In this document: positions 39,465-50,860 of the stretch, in pieces
How positions within the stretch are numbered: the stretch's first letter is position 1
How the letters are laid out: the number at the start of each line of letters is the position of its first letter
NCBI GenBank assembly: GCA_965222225.1
Contig: CBDCTK010000002.1
Coordinates: forward strand, 1,856,001 to 1,920,000
From: Candidatus Poribacteria bacterium
Lineage (GTDB): Bacteria; Poribacteria; WGA-4E; JAJDTR01
Reading direction: 5' to 3'
DNA length: 64,000 nt
The notes under the pieces: generated by a model
Database searches by the model: none
The model's input: the letters and a program-made list of their open reading frames with translations, nothing else
Told to the model about the DNA's origin: nothing
Position numbers and translations under genes: made by a program

Positions 39465-40139
39465 ATGACGAACAAGCCGACAAAACCAATCGATCCTGAG
39501 CGAGGCATAATCGTGGGAGTTACTGGCGGAATTGCCAGTGGAAAATCGACTGCCTCGCGGTTACTGGCGGAGAAGGGGGCATTCACCATCAACTTGGACG
39601 CAATTGGCCATGAATTGCTCAAGCGGAGAAGCCCCGTAATGGATGAACTGCTTGAGGCATTCGGATCAGATATCCTTGACTCATCGGGGGACGTTAGCCG
39701 CAAAAAACTCGGCGCCATTGTCTTCACCGATGATGATGCTCGCGAACAGTTGAACGCGATTATGCATCCGCCAATCGTTCAACGTTCGCAATCCGAGGCG
39801 AGATGGCTTGCTGCTGAAGATCCGAATCGTGTCGTGGTAATTGACATCCCGCTGCTCATCGAAGGTGGACGCCAGGAGCTGGTCGACGTTATCGTTGTCG
39901 TAACAACGTCGACCGAGAATCAACTACAGCGCCTTTTAGCAAGGAGCATTGAAGACAGCCGTCCGTTAAGCCGCGAGGAGGCTCAGGCGCGAATCAGTGC
40001 CCAGATACCGTTATCCGAAAAGGTAAAATTCGCGCATTTCGTTATTGACAACAATGGCGTCCTTGAAGAACTTTCACATCAGGTCGATCGGCTGTGGGTA
40101 GAACTTTGTAAACTTAGAGCCTGTTTGAAAAGTCGGTAG
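39465..40139 (+). CDS. coaE: Dephospho-CoA kinase
   Basis: GVTGGIASGKST, R.KLGAIVF, LNAIMHP, DIPLLIE, ARISAQ, VIDNNG. Confidence 0.93.
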   Translation: MTNKPTKPIDPERGIIVGVTGGIASGKSTASRLLAEKGAFTINLDAIGHELLKRRSPVMDELLEAFGSDILDSSGDVSRKKLGAIVFTDDDAREQLNAIMHPPIVQRSQSEARWLAAEDPNRVVVIDIPLLIEGGRQELVDVIVVVTTSTENQLQRLLARSIEDSRPLSREEAQARISAQIPLSEKVKFAHFVIDNNGVLEELSHQVDRLWVELCKLRACLKSR

Positions 40140-40267
40140 CAAAGCCATTTTTACTCATTTGAAGACACGTTTTTTGTGATTTCCTGCTATATATCTGTCG
40201 CCCCTCTGGGGCTTTTAAGGCTGGTGCGCAGTGCGCACCCTACAAAATGTACTTTTCAAACAGGATC
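40117..40267. mobile_element. MITE-like element with GAGCCTGTTTGAAAAGT TIRs, TTA duplication and REPs inside
   Basis: TTA|gagcctgtttgaaaagt ... acttttcaaacaggatc|TTA; contains gcccctctggggc and ggtgcgcagtgcgcaccctac. Confidence 0.72.
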
Positions 40268-40322
40268 TTAAGACGCCTAGGCAAACCTGAATTAAATGGC
40301 GCAACAGCACGCATATCCGAAC

Positions 40323-40352
40323 TTGACTACGCTTAAATTGTTGTGTTAGAAT
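40323..40352 (+). promoter_or_regulatory. Putative sigma70 promoter
   Basis: TTGACT-18 nt-TAGAAT with extended TG, about 27 nt before the rhodanese start. Confidence 0.5.
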
Positions 40353-40379
40353 CTGTTCATCCCTACGAAAGGTCAATTG

Positions 40380-40757
40380 ATGCGCGGAAAAACGCTAGAG
40401 CAACTCGTTGCCGAAGCTCGGGCGGATATCGGACATATGACTACCGATGAACTCCAAGCGGCAGTCGAAAACTGTGAACGGCTAGTTATCCTAGATATCC
40501 GTGATAAAGAACTGTACGAAGCCGGACATCTGCCGGGCGCCATCTCACTTCCGCGTGCCGCGATAGAGCTAGACATTGATGAGGTAGTTCCCGATCAGGA
40601 CATGAGAATCGTCACCTACTGCGGAGGCAACACGCACGGTTCCCTCTCCGCCCATACACTGAAGATTATGGGTTACGAGAACGCCTCAATGTTGGACGGT
40701 GGATTTCGTGGCTGGAAAGCTGATGGCTTACCCGTTGAAGGCGGAGAAGGTGAGTAG
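40380..40757 (+). CDS. Rhodanese-like domain protein
   Basis: ILDIRD..LYEAGHLPGA, VTYCGG, L..MGY.N...LDGGF.GW. Confidence 0.88.
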   Translation: MRGKTLEQLVAEARADIGHMTTDELQAAVENCERLVILDIRDKELYEAGHLPGAISLPRAAIELDIDEVVPDQDMRIVTYCGGNTHGSLSAHTLKIMGYENASMLDGGFRGWKADGLPVEGGEGE

Positions 40758-40892
40758 CGCATGTTAATCACGGTAACATGGTATTTTCAGTGAATCGCAT
40801 TTAAAATCGTTCGATAATGTTACGATTTTCGTTCAACCCAACCTACGGGCTTTCCTGTATTTTCGTAAAATTTGAGCTTAGGTTAAAAAAGA

Positions 40893-42605
40893 TTGATAAG
40901 TGAAGTAAGAAATCAGATAAAGGGAATTCTGCAAGACGCCATTGACGCAGCGGTTCAGGGCGGTGACCTCCCTCACGTCAACACTCCCGACATTCCGTTT
41001 TCCCCCACCAAAGCACCTGAGCACGGCGATATTGCCAGCCCGATTGCTCTATCATTGGCTAAGATTGCCAATACATCACCGCGCAAGATTGCGGAAACGA
41101 TTGCCAACCATATACAGCTTGGAACATCCTCGCTGATTCGAAAGGTGGAAGTTGCGGGTCCGGGATTCATCAACATTTACCTATCCAGTCATTGGCTTTA
41201 TGACGTGCTTAGAACCATCAAAGACGAAGGAACGAAATTCGGGCACTCAGACCACGGCGAGGGTTCGCGAGTCCAAGTAGAATTCGTTAGCGCCAACCCA
41301 ACCGGACCGATTAATATCGTAAGTGGTCGTGCGGCTGCGGTGGGCGACTCACTTGTCAACCTGCTTAGCGCCGTCGGTTACAAGGCAATTCGTGAGTATT
41401 ACGTCAATGACGCTGGTGGACAGGTCGAAAACCTTGGGGCATCAATTGACGTGCGGTATCGGGAGTTACTGGGTGAAAGCGGCTTGGAAATCCCGGATGG
41501 TGGATACCACGGGACGTATCTTATTGACTTGGCTCAATCAATCATTGACGAAAGTGATGATAAATACCTACAATTCGATGATGCAGAGAGAGTAGCCACC
41601 TTTCGAAATCTCGGCGTAGAACATTTGCTCGCCGTACAGAAAACCACATTGGAGCGTTTTGGTGTTCATTTTGACATCTGGAGCAGCGAACAAGCCCTGC
41701 GCGAGAGCGGGAAACCTGATGAAATCATTGAGGTATTCCGTCAACGCGGCTACCTCTACGAGGCTGATGGCGCGACGTGGTTTCGCATGACCGATTTCGG
41801 CGACGCCAAAGATTGTGTAGTTATCAAAAGCGATGGCGAATACACCTACTTTGTACCTGATGCGGCGTACCACCGCGACAAGTCCGAGCGCGGATTCGAT
41901 AAAGCAATAGATCTTCTTGGCCCCGATCACCAAGGACACGTTGAACATCTCAAGTACTTCGTGGAGGCGCTTGGATTGGGCAATGATTGGTTGGAGGTTC
42001 GGATTATCCAGCAGGTCAATCTAATCGACTCCGATGGCAACCGAATTGAGATGTCCAAACGGAGTGGGCAATTTTATACGCTTGACGCACTCATTGATGA
42101 ACTTGCCGAAGCTGTCGATGATCGATTTGCTGTTGATGTGGCAAGATACTTTTTCCTGATGCGCTCCAATACCAGTCACCTCGATTTTGACCTCCAATTG
42201 GCGGTGACCCAAGCAAATGAAAACCCCGTTTTCTACGTTCAATACGCGCACGCACGCTGCTGCAGCATTTTTCGCGAGATGGAGAACCAGGGCATCGATC
42301 AGGCCGAGATAGATGAAGTGCTGGCTGAGTATATCGATGAGCCAGAATCATTGCAATTGATACGACATCTCGCCGAATACCCGGAGGTAGTTCTGCACAG
42401 CGCAGAAAAAAGGGAGCCGCATCGCATGACTCACTACCTATACGAACTTGCTGCGCTGTTTCACGGTTTCTATAATGAACACCGCGTGCTTGACCCTTCC
42501 AATCCGGATTTGACACAAGCGCGGCTAATGTTGGTTGGTGGTGCACAAACGGTGTTAAGAAATGGCTTAGCCCTGCTGGGGATTTCCGCTCCTAAGTCAA
42601 TGTAA
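40893..42605 (+). CDS. argS: Arginine--tRNA ligase
   Basis: AGPGFIN, VEFVSANPTGP, EYYVNDAG, MSKRSG, NPVFYVQYAHAR, LGISAP. Confidence 0.96.
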   Translation: MISEVRNQIKGILQDAIDAAVQGGDLPHVNTPDIPFSPTKAPEHGDIASPIALSLAKIANTSPRKIAETIANHIQLGTSSLIRKVEVAGPGFINIYLSSHWLYDVLRTIKDEGTKFGHSDHGEGSRVQVEFVSANPTGPINIVSGRAAAVGDSLVNLLSAVGYKAIREYYVNDAGGQVENLGASIDVRYRELLGESGLEIPDGGYHGTYLIDLAQSIIDESDDKYLQFDDAERVATFRNLGVEHLLAVQKTTLERFGVHFDIWSSEQALRESGKPDEIIEVFRQRGYLYEADGATWFRMTDFGDAKDCVVIKSDGEYTYFVPDAAYHRDKSERGFDKAIDLLGPDHQGHVEHLKYFVEALGLGNDWLEVRIIQQVNLIDSDGNRIEMSKRSGQFYTLDALIDELAEAVDDRFAVDVARYFFLMRSNTSHLDFDLQLAVTQANENPVFYVQYAHARCCSIFREMENQGIDQAEIDEVLAEYIDEPESLQLIRHLAEYPEVVLHSAEKREPHRMTHYLYELAALFHGFYNEHRVLDPSNPDLTQARLMLVGGAQTVLRNGLALLGISAPKSM

Positions 42606-42829
42606 AATGGGAAAACCGGGATTGTGAAGACGAGTACGGACCTTATCTGCCTCTACCATGTCACGCAGCAAGTCTAGTTGCTATCAGCCTCGACGGTAAA
42701 GGTCCAAGGATCGCTGCATTGTTTTGCACTACTTTAACTACTAATCGTCCTGCTGATGCCGTACACCATCTCTACATCCACACCGTTATCGATCTAGTTT
42801 CGTGCATTTAGCCTGAAGAGGAAAAACCT

Positions 42830-44200
42830 ATGGCGACTTCTCAAAATGATTTGTCCTTAGAAGAATATCGCAGAATCGATCGGGCTCACGTCTGGCACCC
42901 GATTTTTCAGCACCAAGCTTTGGAAAACACAAATTTAACCGTATTCAAGGAGGCACACGGCACTACTATCACCGACTCGGAAGGCAACCAATACCTGGAC
43001 GCGCTCTCGGGGTTATGGAACGTCAATGTTGGCTACGGACGCAAACAGATTGCCGACGCCGTGTATGAACAGATGCGGAAATTGTCATACTATCCGCTGT
43101 CACAGATCAATATCCCGGCGACGCTCCTAGCGGACAAACTCGCCGAGCTACTGCCGGGCGATTTGCAGCATGTCTTTTTTAGCAACAGTGGTTCTGAAGC
43201 CAACGAGACCTCGATTAAGATTGCTCGCCAGTACGGTCGGCAAAAATACCCGGGGCAGAATCGACACAAGATTATTGCCCGCTATCGTGGTTACCATGGT
43301 TTCACGTATGGCGCCATGTCGGCGACAGGGCAAACGCAGCGACGAAAAGTTTTTGAGCCTCTCGTTCCCGGGTTTCTGCACGCACACCCGCCATATTGCT
43401 ACCGATGCCCACTGGGGAAAAACTATCCGGAGTGCAACGTTGCGTGCGCGGATGAGATTGAACAGATAGTTCGGTGGGAAGGTGTTGACACGGTCATTGG
43501 AGTCATTGCCGAGCCGATTATTGGCGGGGGCGGAGTTATTGTTCCACCTGATGACTACCTCCCGAGATTACGAGAAATCTGCGATCGTTACGGCTTGCTG
43601 CTGATCCTTGACGAAGTCATCACAGGATTCGGGAGAACTGGTGCACTTTTCGCCTGCGAACACTGGGGCGTGCAGCCGGACATCATTTCCCTCGCAAAGG
43701 GTATAACGAGCGGATATCTCCCGCTCGGCGCGAGTGCTGTGACCCCGAAAGTGTTTGATGTTTTTCGGGGAGCTCCCGACGACAACCTTGAGTTCGCACA
43801 AGTTGCCACCTACGGCGGACACCCGGTCACCTGCGCCGCGGGGCTTGCCAATCTGAACATCTTGACAGAAGAACGGTTATGGGAAAATTCTGCGCGGGTT
43901 GGAAGCTACTTGCTGGAAAAACTGAAAGTTCTCCTGGACCTTCCGGTAGTCGGTGACATCCGCGGAAAAGGTTTGATGATCGGCGTCGAACTCGTCAACT
44001 CCGATCAATCATGCCTTGATACGGCAACCACGAATAGAGTCGTCAGCATGATGCACGACAGAGGAATCTTGATTGGAAAAGTGAGTCACACGATGGACGA
44101 ACCGGAAAACACCATATTCCTCGCGCCTCCGCTTATTGCGACCACCGCCGAAGCAGATCGGATATTTGATGCGCTTCGAGACGTGTTGTCGAATTTGTAA
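42830..44200 (+). CDS. Class III PLP-dependent aminotransferase
   Basis: YLDALSGLWNVNVGYG, SGSEANE, YHG, DEVITGFGRTG, AKGITSGY.PL, RGKGLM. Confidence 0.92.
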   Translation: MATSQNDLSLEEYRRIDRAHVWHPIFQHQALENTNLTVFKEAHGTTITDSEGNQYLDALSGLWNVNVGYGRKQIADAVYEQMRKLSYYPLSQINIPATLLADKLAELLPGDLQHVFFSNSGSEANETSIKIARQYGRQKYPGQNRHKIIARYRGYHGFTYGAMSATGQTQRRKVFEPLVPGFLHAHPPYCYRCPLGKNYPECNVACADEIEQIVRWEGVDTVIGVIAEPIIGGGGVIVPPDDYLPRLREICDRYGLLLILDEVITGFGRTGALFACEHWGVQPDIISLAKGITSGYLPLGASAVTPKVFDVFRGAPDDNLEFAQVATYGGHPVTCAAGLANLNILTEERLWENSARVGSYLLEKLKVLLDLPVVGDIRGKGLMIGVELVNSDQSCLDTATTNRVVSMMHDRGILIGKVSHTMDEPENTIFLAPPLIATTAEADRIFDALRDVLSNL

Positions 44201-44239
44201 CGCCAGATTCTTACCGCAAAGACATGTGAGAACATTGCT

Positions 44240-45778
44240 ATGAACCGCGAAATGATTGTGGTCTTGGATTTCGGATCGCAATACACGCAACTGATTGCCA
44301 GGCGAATTCGCGAACGATGGGTATACTGCGAGATTCACCCCTACCACATTTCAGTCGACGATCTGAGAGCATTGAATCCCAAGGGCATTGTTTTATCTGG
44401 TGGTCCATCCAGCGTGTACACGGAAAATGCCCCCCTACCGGATCCCAAAGTTTTAACGCTTGGCTCCCCCGTTCTCGGTATTTGCTACGGTATGCAACTC
44501 ATCGCCCACCTTTCTAAAGGAGGAAAAGTGCATCCTATGGCTGAACGTGAGTTTGGCGCCGCAACCCTAGATGTCGATCAACGTGGCACGCTATTCGAGA
44601 ACTTGCCCGACGGAATCGATGTATGGATGAGCCACGGCGACCGAATCGATAGCTTGCCGGAAGGTTTTCAAGTCATCGGTCATACGCAAAACTCACCGAT
44701 TGCAGCCATGGCAAATCTAGACCAAGAAATCTACGGTATGCAGTTTCATCCGGAGGTCGTGCACACGAAGGATGAGAATCGCATCCTCTCCAACTTCGTA
44801 CATACGATCTGCGGCTGCCGTGGCGATTGGACGATGAAATCTTTCATTGTGGAGGCTACGGAGAAAATCAAGTCCGCGACGCAGGACGGACGGGTATTGT
44901 GCGCGGTTAGCGGTGGTGTTGACTCAACTGTTCTTGCCGCTTTGCTCAAGCACGCCATTGATGATGCACTGGTCTGCGTTTTTGTCAATAATGGACTCTT
45001 GCGAAAAGACGAAGCCGACGAAGTGCTGTCAAATTACCGAGAACTTGGAATCGGAATCCATTATGCGGATGCCTCGGATCGATTCCTGGAATATCTGTCG
45101 GGCGTCGAAAACCCCGAGAAAAAACGCCTCGTGATCGGAAAGCAGTTCATAGAGGTGTTTAAAGAGGGCGTGGCGAAATTGGGAAAAATCGACTTCCTCG
45201 CGCAAGGGACGCTTTACCCCGATGTGATCGAAAGTGTATCCGTCAAAGGGCCATCGGCGACAATTAAAACACATCACAACGTCGGGGGCTTACCTAGCGA
45301 CCATCCGTTCAAGTTGATTGAGCCATTTCGCGAATTGTTTAAGGACGAGGTTAGGGCTGTTGGTTTGGAGCTAGGACTTCCCCAGTCAATTCTTGGACGG
45401 CATCCCTTTCCGGGCCCCGGCTTGGCAGTGCGGGTCATTGGTGCGATTACAAAAGAACGCTTGGATATTCTGCGTGAGGCGGATCGGATTTTCGTTACGG
45501 AACTGCGCAAGGCTGGACTGTACGATGATATTTGGCAGGCGTTAGCGGTGCTCCTACCAGTCAAGAGTGTAGGTGTGATGGGAGATGAGCGTACCTACGA
45601 AAACGTTGTGGCGTTACGTGCGGTTACGAGCACCGATGGGATGACAGCGGACTGGGCGAAGATTCCACCCGAAGTGTTGGGAACTGCCTCCAATCGTATT
45701 ATCAATGAAGTACACGGTATCAATCGCGTGGTCTACGATATCAGCTCTAAACCGCCAAGTACGATTGAGTGGGAATAA
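44240..45778 (+). CDS. guaA: GMP synthase (glutamine-hydrolyzing)
   Basis: [41 protein letters not shown]. Confidence 0.98.
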   Translation: MNREMIVVLDFGSQYTQLIARRIRERWVYCEIHPYHISVDDLRALNPKGIVLSGGPSSVYTENAPLPDPKVLTLGSPVLGICYGMQLIAHLSKGGKVHPMAEREFGAATLDVDQRGTLFENLPDGIDVWMSHGDRIDSLPEGFQVIGHTQNSPIAAMANLDQEIYGMQFHPEVVHTKDENRILSNFVHTICGCRGDWTMKSFIVEATEKIKSATQDGRVLCAVSGGVDSTVLAALLKHAIDDALVCVFVNNGLLRKDEADEVLSNYRELGIGIHYADASDRFLEYLSGVENPEKKRLVIGKQFIEVFKEGVAKLGKIDFLAQGTLYPDVIESVSVKGPSATIKTHHNVGGLPSDHPFKLIEPFRELFKDEVRAVGLELGLPQSILGRHPFPGPGLAVRVIGAITKERLDILREADRIFVTELRKAGLYDDIWQALAVLLPVKSVGVMGDERTYENVVALRAVTSTDGMTADWAKIPPEVLGTASNRIINEVHGINRVVYDISSKPPSTIEWE

Positions 45779-46033
45779 GCGTTTTAACGCCAAGCAATGT
45801 CGATTGACTTACATTCTCACCCCATGCGTCGGAGTTTCTTCTATTGCGTATCGGGGACAGATCGATTATACTGCGCCTAAACAACGGCTAAGTCCCGTCC
45901 GCTAACGTAATGGGCATGGCATCGTAGACCCTAGACGAAAATAATGGCGATTCAGAACACCTAAGTATAGATTTCCGCTCACCCCATTGGCAATTCACTC
46001 AATTTCAACACGGTAGCGGCGAAAGAAAACTTG

Positions 46034-48193
46034 ATGGCAGATCTCCTTGAGTCCTTGAACCCGGTCCAACGGCAAGCGGTGCAACATGCTGATGGGCCAC
46101 TGTTACTTCTGTCTGGCGCTGGTAGTGGAAAGACACGCGTCATTACCTACCGCATCGCTTATCTACTTCGCCACCACCGCGTGTCGCCGTTTAATGTCCT
46201 AGCGGTAACGTTCACCAACAAAGCGGCAGGCGAGATGAAGTCTCGCCTTGAAGGGCTTGTTGGGGTAGATACGACAAAGCTGATTTGGGTATCTACTTTT
46301 CATGCCTCTTGTGCTCGCATTCTACGCAGAGATATTGAGCGGCTCGGATATTCTCGTTCTTTCACGATTTACGATACGGTCGATCAGCTCGCGGTTATCA
46401 AGGAGATTCTTAAAGAACATCAGATGCGCGAAGAGTTGAATAACCCTAAAGCTGTTTTGAGCCAAATTAGTAAAGCCAAAAATGACTTTGTAACGCCAGA
46501 GATGTATATGCAAGCGGCGGACAGCTACTTCGAAGAAAATATCGCAAAAATTTACCCCGTGTACCAAGACTATCTTCGCAAGAACAATTCCCTTGATTTT
46601 GACGATCTCATCGGCTTGACCGTGGATTTGTTCAAATCCTGTCCCGATGTTTTGGGGTATTATCAGAATAAGTTTCGGTATATTCTTGTTGATGAATATC
46701 AGGACACCAACCGCGGTCAATACCTGCTTGTTCATGCATTGGCTAAGGAGCACCAGAATATCTGCGCCGTAGGAGACGACGACCAGTCTATATACTCGTG
46801 GAGGGGTGCGGATATCAACAATATCCTCGACTTCGAGAAGGATTATCCGGACACTACGGTGTTGCGCCTTGAGCAAAACTATCGCTCGACGCAAAACATC
46901 CTCTCCGCCGCATACGAGGTCGTCCGCAACAATCGTCTGCGAATGGAAAAGAAACTCTGGACAGAAAATGGACAGGGTGAGTTGATTGACTGTTATGAGG
47001 CGATAGACGAAGTTGACGAAGCAAAATATGTCATCAAGCAGCTTCGTGAGGCGCGCTCACGGGGACTTAAGTATGGCGACTGTGTGATTTTTTACCGGAT
47101 TAACGCCCAGTCCCGGGCGTTTGAGGAAGCGTTGAGAGGCGCGAACATCCCGTATCAAATCGTGGGGGGCGTCCGCTTCTATGAACGGGTGGAGATAAAG
47201 GATCTCATTGCCTATCTCCGTGTCATTGTGAATCCCGATGATTCAATTAGCCTCAGGCGAATCATCAACGTGCCCCGCAGAGGAATCGGTGGGACTACTC
47301 TTGGGAAACTTGAGGATTTTGCGGATGACGAACAGATTGACCTGTTCTCGGCCCTCCGTCGCGTTGATGAAATCTCAATGCTGCGTGTAGCCGCGAAGGT
47401 AAAAATCCGAGAGTTCTCTCAACTGATTGAAAGTTTCGATCCGGGGCGTCCTCCCGTAGAGATTATTAACGAGCTACTTGATGTCACGGATTATCTTACT
47501 TTTCTCAAAAGCGATAACACAATCGAGGCGATGGGCAGAGTTGAAAACGTGAGCGAGTTCATTTCCGCCGCAGGCAGATATGAGGGAAACGAGCCCGAAC
47601 CGACACTGTCAGGGTTCTTGCAGTTGATTACCTTGGTTGCCGATGTCGACAACATGGATGACAAAAGTGATGTGGTCACCCTGATGACACTCCACAGCGC
47701 AAAGGGACTAGAGTTCCCTATCGTCTTCATGGCTGGAGTTGAGGAAGGCTCTCTGCCCCATCAACGCGCATTTGCCAACGAAGCCGAACTAGAGGAGGAG
47801 CGACGGCTCTGTTATGTGGGTTTGACGCGGGCAAGAGAGCGGGCCTCCCTCTCTCACGCTCGAACGCGCAGAATCCACGGACTTGAGGATTATCGCATGC
47901 CCTCTCGCTTTATTGAAGAGATTCCACCCGAACTAATCAATCATGTTGACAGGTTTGAGACCGCCCATCGCCCCGTCGTCAGATCCTACGATCCCGATGA
48001 ACCCGACATTGACGTAGGGTCCTCATTCGATTACAGTGTTGGTGAATTCGTGTTTCACCCGAAGTTTGGCCGCGGCAAGATTACGGGAATCAGCGGCCAT
48101 GGTGCAAACATGCGCATTACGATTCGGTTTGCGCGTGGTGCCGAGAAGACCTTGGTCGCTGAATACGCACCATTACAGCCGATGGTAATGTGA
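46034..48193 (+). CDS. pcrA: ATP-dependent DNA helicase PcrA/UvrD
   Basis: GAGSGKTRV, VDEYQDTN, GDDDQSIYSWRGA, LEQNYRS, TLHSAKGLEF, EEERRLCYVG.TRA, C-terminal Tudor-like H.KFG.G. Confidence 0.95.
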   Translation: MADLLESLNPVQRQAVQHADGPLLLLSGAGSGKTRVITYRIAYLLRHHRVSPFNVLAVTFTNKAAGEMKSRLEGLVGVDTTKLIWVSTFHASCARILRRDIERLGYSRSFTIYDTVDQLAVIKEILKEHQMREELNNPKAVLSQISKAKNDFVTPEMYMQAADSYFEENIAKIYPVYQDYLRKNNSLDFDDLIGLTVDLFKSCPDVLGYYQNKFRYILVDEYQDTNRGQYLLVHALAKEHQNICAVGDDDQSIYSWRGADINNILDFEKDYPDTTVLRLEQNYRSTQNILSAAYEVVRNNRLRMEKKLWTENGQGELIDCYEAIDEVDEAKYVIKQLREARSRGLKYGDCVIFYRINAQSRAFEEALRGANIPYQIVGGVRFYERVEIKDLIAYLRVIVNPDDSISLRRIINVPRRGIGGTTLGKLEDFADDEQIDLFSALRRVDEISMLRVAAKVKIREFSQLIESFDPGRPPVEIINELLDVTDYLTFLKSDNTIEAMGRVENVSEFISAAGRYEGNEPEPTLSGFLQLITLVADVDNMDDKSDVVTLMTLHSAKGLEFPIVFMAGVEEGSLPHQRAFANEAELEEERRLCYVGLTRARERASLSHARTRRIHGLEDYRMPSRFIEEIPPELINHVDRFETAHRPVVRSYDPDEPDIDVGSSFDYSVGEFVFHPKFGRGKITGISGHGANMRITIRFARGAEKTLVAEYAPLQPMVM

Positions 48194-48248
48194 TAGACTA
48201 ACGGACAATCCTCAGACAACTTATCAGAAATCGTGAAGGAGAAGCAAA

Positions 48249-48539
48249 ATGGCAGTAATCACGTCCGAGGAAGTCGAGCACGTCGCGAATCTCGCGCGCC
48301 TCGAATTTAATGAGGAGGAAATAGCGCAATTTACGCATCAACTCGGTAGAATCTTGGACTACATCGGAAAACTGAACGAGTTGGACACGACGGACGTGCC
48401 GCCGACCTCTCATGTTCTCCCCATTCACAATGTGTCCAAAGAAGACACAGTGAAGCCATCATACGATAGGAAGCTTGTATTCGCTACCGCACCGGAAACC
48501 GAAACTGGATACTTTGATGTACCGAAGGTGATTGAGTAA
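48249..48539 (+). CDS. gatC: Asp/Glu-tRNA amidotransferase subunit C
   Basis: EVEHVANLARL, L.ELDT..VPPT.H, F.VPKVIE. Confidence 0.93.
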   Translation: MAVITSEEVEHVANLARLEFNEEEIAQFTHQLGRILDYIGKLNELDTTDVPPTSHVLPIHNVSKEDTVKPSYDRKLVFATAPETETGYFDVPKVIE

Positions 48540-48625
48540 ACTGTAGAGGAAACAGTGGCTAGTGATGAATGAAACCCGCTCTTACCTTCCACTAGCCACT
48601 AACCACTGGGTTTCGGAGCAAACGC

Positions 48626-50089
48626 TTGACACAGTTATACGAACTTACAGCCCACGAACTTCATGAGAAGCTAAAAACACGAGAGATAACCTCCGCAGAA
48701 CTCACACAATCGGTGTTTAATCGTATTGACGCTGTCGAAGGGCAAATCGAAGGCTATATTACACTCACGAGGGAGACTGCGCTCCAGCAAGCCGAAATTG
48801 CGGACGCTGGTTTCCAACGCGGTGATGAGATGCCACCGCTCGCTGGCATTCCAATCGCGGTCAAGGACGTCATCTGCACCAAGAGTGTATTGACCACCTG
48901 CGGTTCCAAGATTCTAGGCAATTTTGTGCCCCCATATGATGCAACCGTGATAACAGAACTCCATCGGCAAGGGAGTGTGGTGATTGGCAAGACAAACATG
49001 GATGAGTTTGCGATGGGGTCGTCCACCGAGAATTCCGCGTACCACATTACGCGCAACCCGTGGGACTTGGAAACCATACCCGGCGGATCAAGCGGGGGTT
49101 CCGCGGCGGTTGTCGCCGCTGATGAAGCCATCTGCTCCCTCGGATCCGACACCGGAGGTTCCATCCGGCAGCCGGCGGCGCTGTGCGGAGTTGTGGGAAT
49201 GAAACCCACGTATGGACGTGTTTCGCGGTTTGGCTTGGTCGCCTTCGCGTCCTCTCTGGATCAGATTGGACCGTTCACAAAAGATGTCACCGATTGTGCT
49301 CTTATGCTGAACGCAATCTGTGGTCATGATCCGATGGACTCGACCTCTGTCAATTTGCCGACTCCGGATTACACGGAATATCTCACCAACGATATCGAAG
49401 GTTTAAAAATCGGTGTGCCGCAGGAATACTTCGTTGAAGGAATGGACACAGAAGTTCAAGAAATCGTACATACGTCAGTTCAAGCACTGAAGGAGTGCGG
49501 CGCGTCCATTGAGGAGATTTCCTTACCACACACCGAATACGCAATTGCTACGTATTATATCATTGCCCCGGCGGAGGCGAGCGCAAATCTGGCGCGTTAT
49601 GACGGCGTTCGATACGGATACCGCGCTGAGGATGCCGAGGAACTCATTGATATGTATAAGAAAACTCGCAGTCGCGGGTTCGGCGAGGAGGTTAAACGGC
49701 GCATAATGCTTGGAACGTATGCACTCAGCTCCGGATATTATGATGCCTACTATCTGAAAGGTCAGAAAGCGCGGACGTTGATTAAATCCGATTTCGATCG
49801 TGCCTTCGAGACCGTTGATGCCATCGTCACGCCAACCTCGCCGACACCAGCCTTCAAAGTAGGCGAACGCACCGCTGACCCTCTGCAGATGTACCTCTCG
49901 GATGTCCTGACAACTCCCTCAAGCCTCGCTGGCTTGCCGGGAATCTCCGTCCCGTGCGGGTTGACAAAGGGCGGTCTTCCAATCGGTCTTCAGATCTTAG
50001 CCGCACCGTTTGAGGAAGGGAAAGTCTTAAATGTCGCTCACACATTTGAACAACGTACGAATCACCACCGGCGGAAGCCAAATCTGTAA
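48626..50089 (+). CDS. gatA: Asp/Glu-tRNA amidotransferase subunit A
   Basis: [50 protein letters not shown]. Confidence 0.97.
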   Translation: MTQLYELTAHELHEKLKTREITSAELTQSVFNRIDAVEGQIEGYITLTRETALQQAEIADAGFQRGDEMPPLAGIPIAVKDVICTKSVLTTCGSKILGNFVPPYDATVITELHRQGSVVIGKTNMDEFAMGSSTENSAYHITRNPWDLETIPGGSSGGSAAVVAADEAICSLGSDTGGSIRQPAALCGVVGMKPTYGRVSRFGLVAFASSLDQIGPFTKDVTDCALMLNAICGHDPMDSTSVNLPTPDYTEYLTNDIEGLKIGVPQEYFVEGMDTEVQEIVHTSVQALKECGASIEEISLPHTEYAIATYYIIAPAEASANLARYDGVRYGYRAEDAEELIDMYKKTRSRGFGEEVKRRIMLGTYALSSGYYDAYYLKGQKARTLIKSDFDRAFETVDAIVTPTSPTPAFKVGERTADPLQMYLSDVLTTPSSLAGLPGISVPCGLTKGGLPIGLQILAAPFEEGKVLNVAHTFEQRTNHHRRKPNL

Positions 50090-50194
50090 CTGGCAAGAGG
50101 GAGCACTGACCAATAACGAATGTGGAGAATAACTAGCAACATCGTTCTGTGCCCTTAGCTTGCATTCGTCCTCAAGATTCACCTTTATTTGACT

Positions 50195-50689
50195 ATGGAC
50201 ACTACGAACCACTCTTCAGCTAATGCCATTCTTGCGCCCACGGGCGCGTTGCTAGGCGCAATTATCGGTGGTATATTGTGGGCAAAATATATCAATTGGA
50301 CAGGCATGACAGCCGGTTGGGTTGTGCTAGTTATCGGACTTCTAACCGGCATCGGCGCCGTGCTGACGAGCCGCTCACGTCGAGTTTCCATTGCGTCGAT
50401 TGCCGCTGTCTTTGCAATCTTGGGAATTCTCTTGGGCAAATACCTTGATGTTCGATGGAATGCGCCTCGCACGGTTGGCATCATTGAGGCGCAACCGGAT
50501 ATCCCGCCGGAATACGCGGAAAGCATTGCCAAGATGGTTGAGGCAAGCGAAGCTGGCGACTCAACATGGAAGCGTATGCGGGTGCGAATGGAATGGTTTG
50601 ATTTGGTTTACTACGCGGTTGCCAGTTTCGTTGCGTTTCGTACGGCATATAGTAGACGATTGCACCAACTCCTTTTCAGAACCACGTGA
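50195..50689 (+). CDS. Hypothetical membrane protein
   Basis: Three N-terminal and one C-terminal hydrophobic segments; sits on the gene strand in a gap. Confidence 0.6.
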   Translation: MDTTNHSSANAILAPTGALLGAIIGGILWAKYINWTGMTAGWVVLVIGLLTGIGAVLTSRSRRVSIASIAAVFAILGILLGKYLDVRWNAPRTVGIIEAQPDIPPEYAESIAKMVEASEAGDSTWKRMRVRMEWFDLVYYAVASFVAFRTAYSRRLHQLLFRTT

Positions 50690-50860
50690 TCGGAAATTTC
50701 TCTGCGCAGGCTGGTAGTCAAGAATTTGTTTTCCGCAGTGCAATTTCCAATGTATCGATTGACTTCTAACCGCTCAGAAACTATTAACGGAATCGGTATC
50801 GAATTCGATTTTACCAGTGTCCAGCAATCATTAGCCACTGCCTTTGAACGGAGCAAATGA

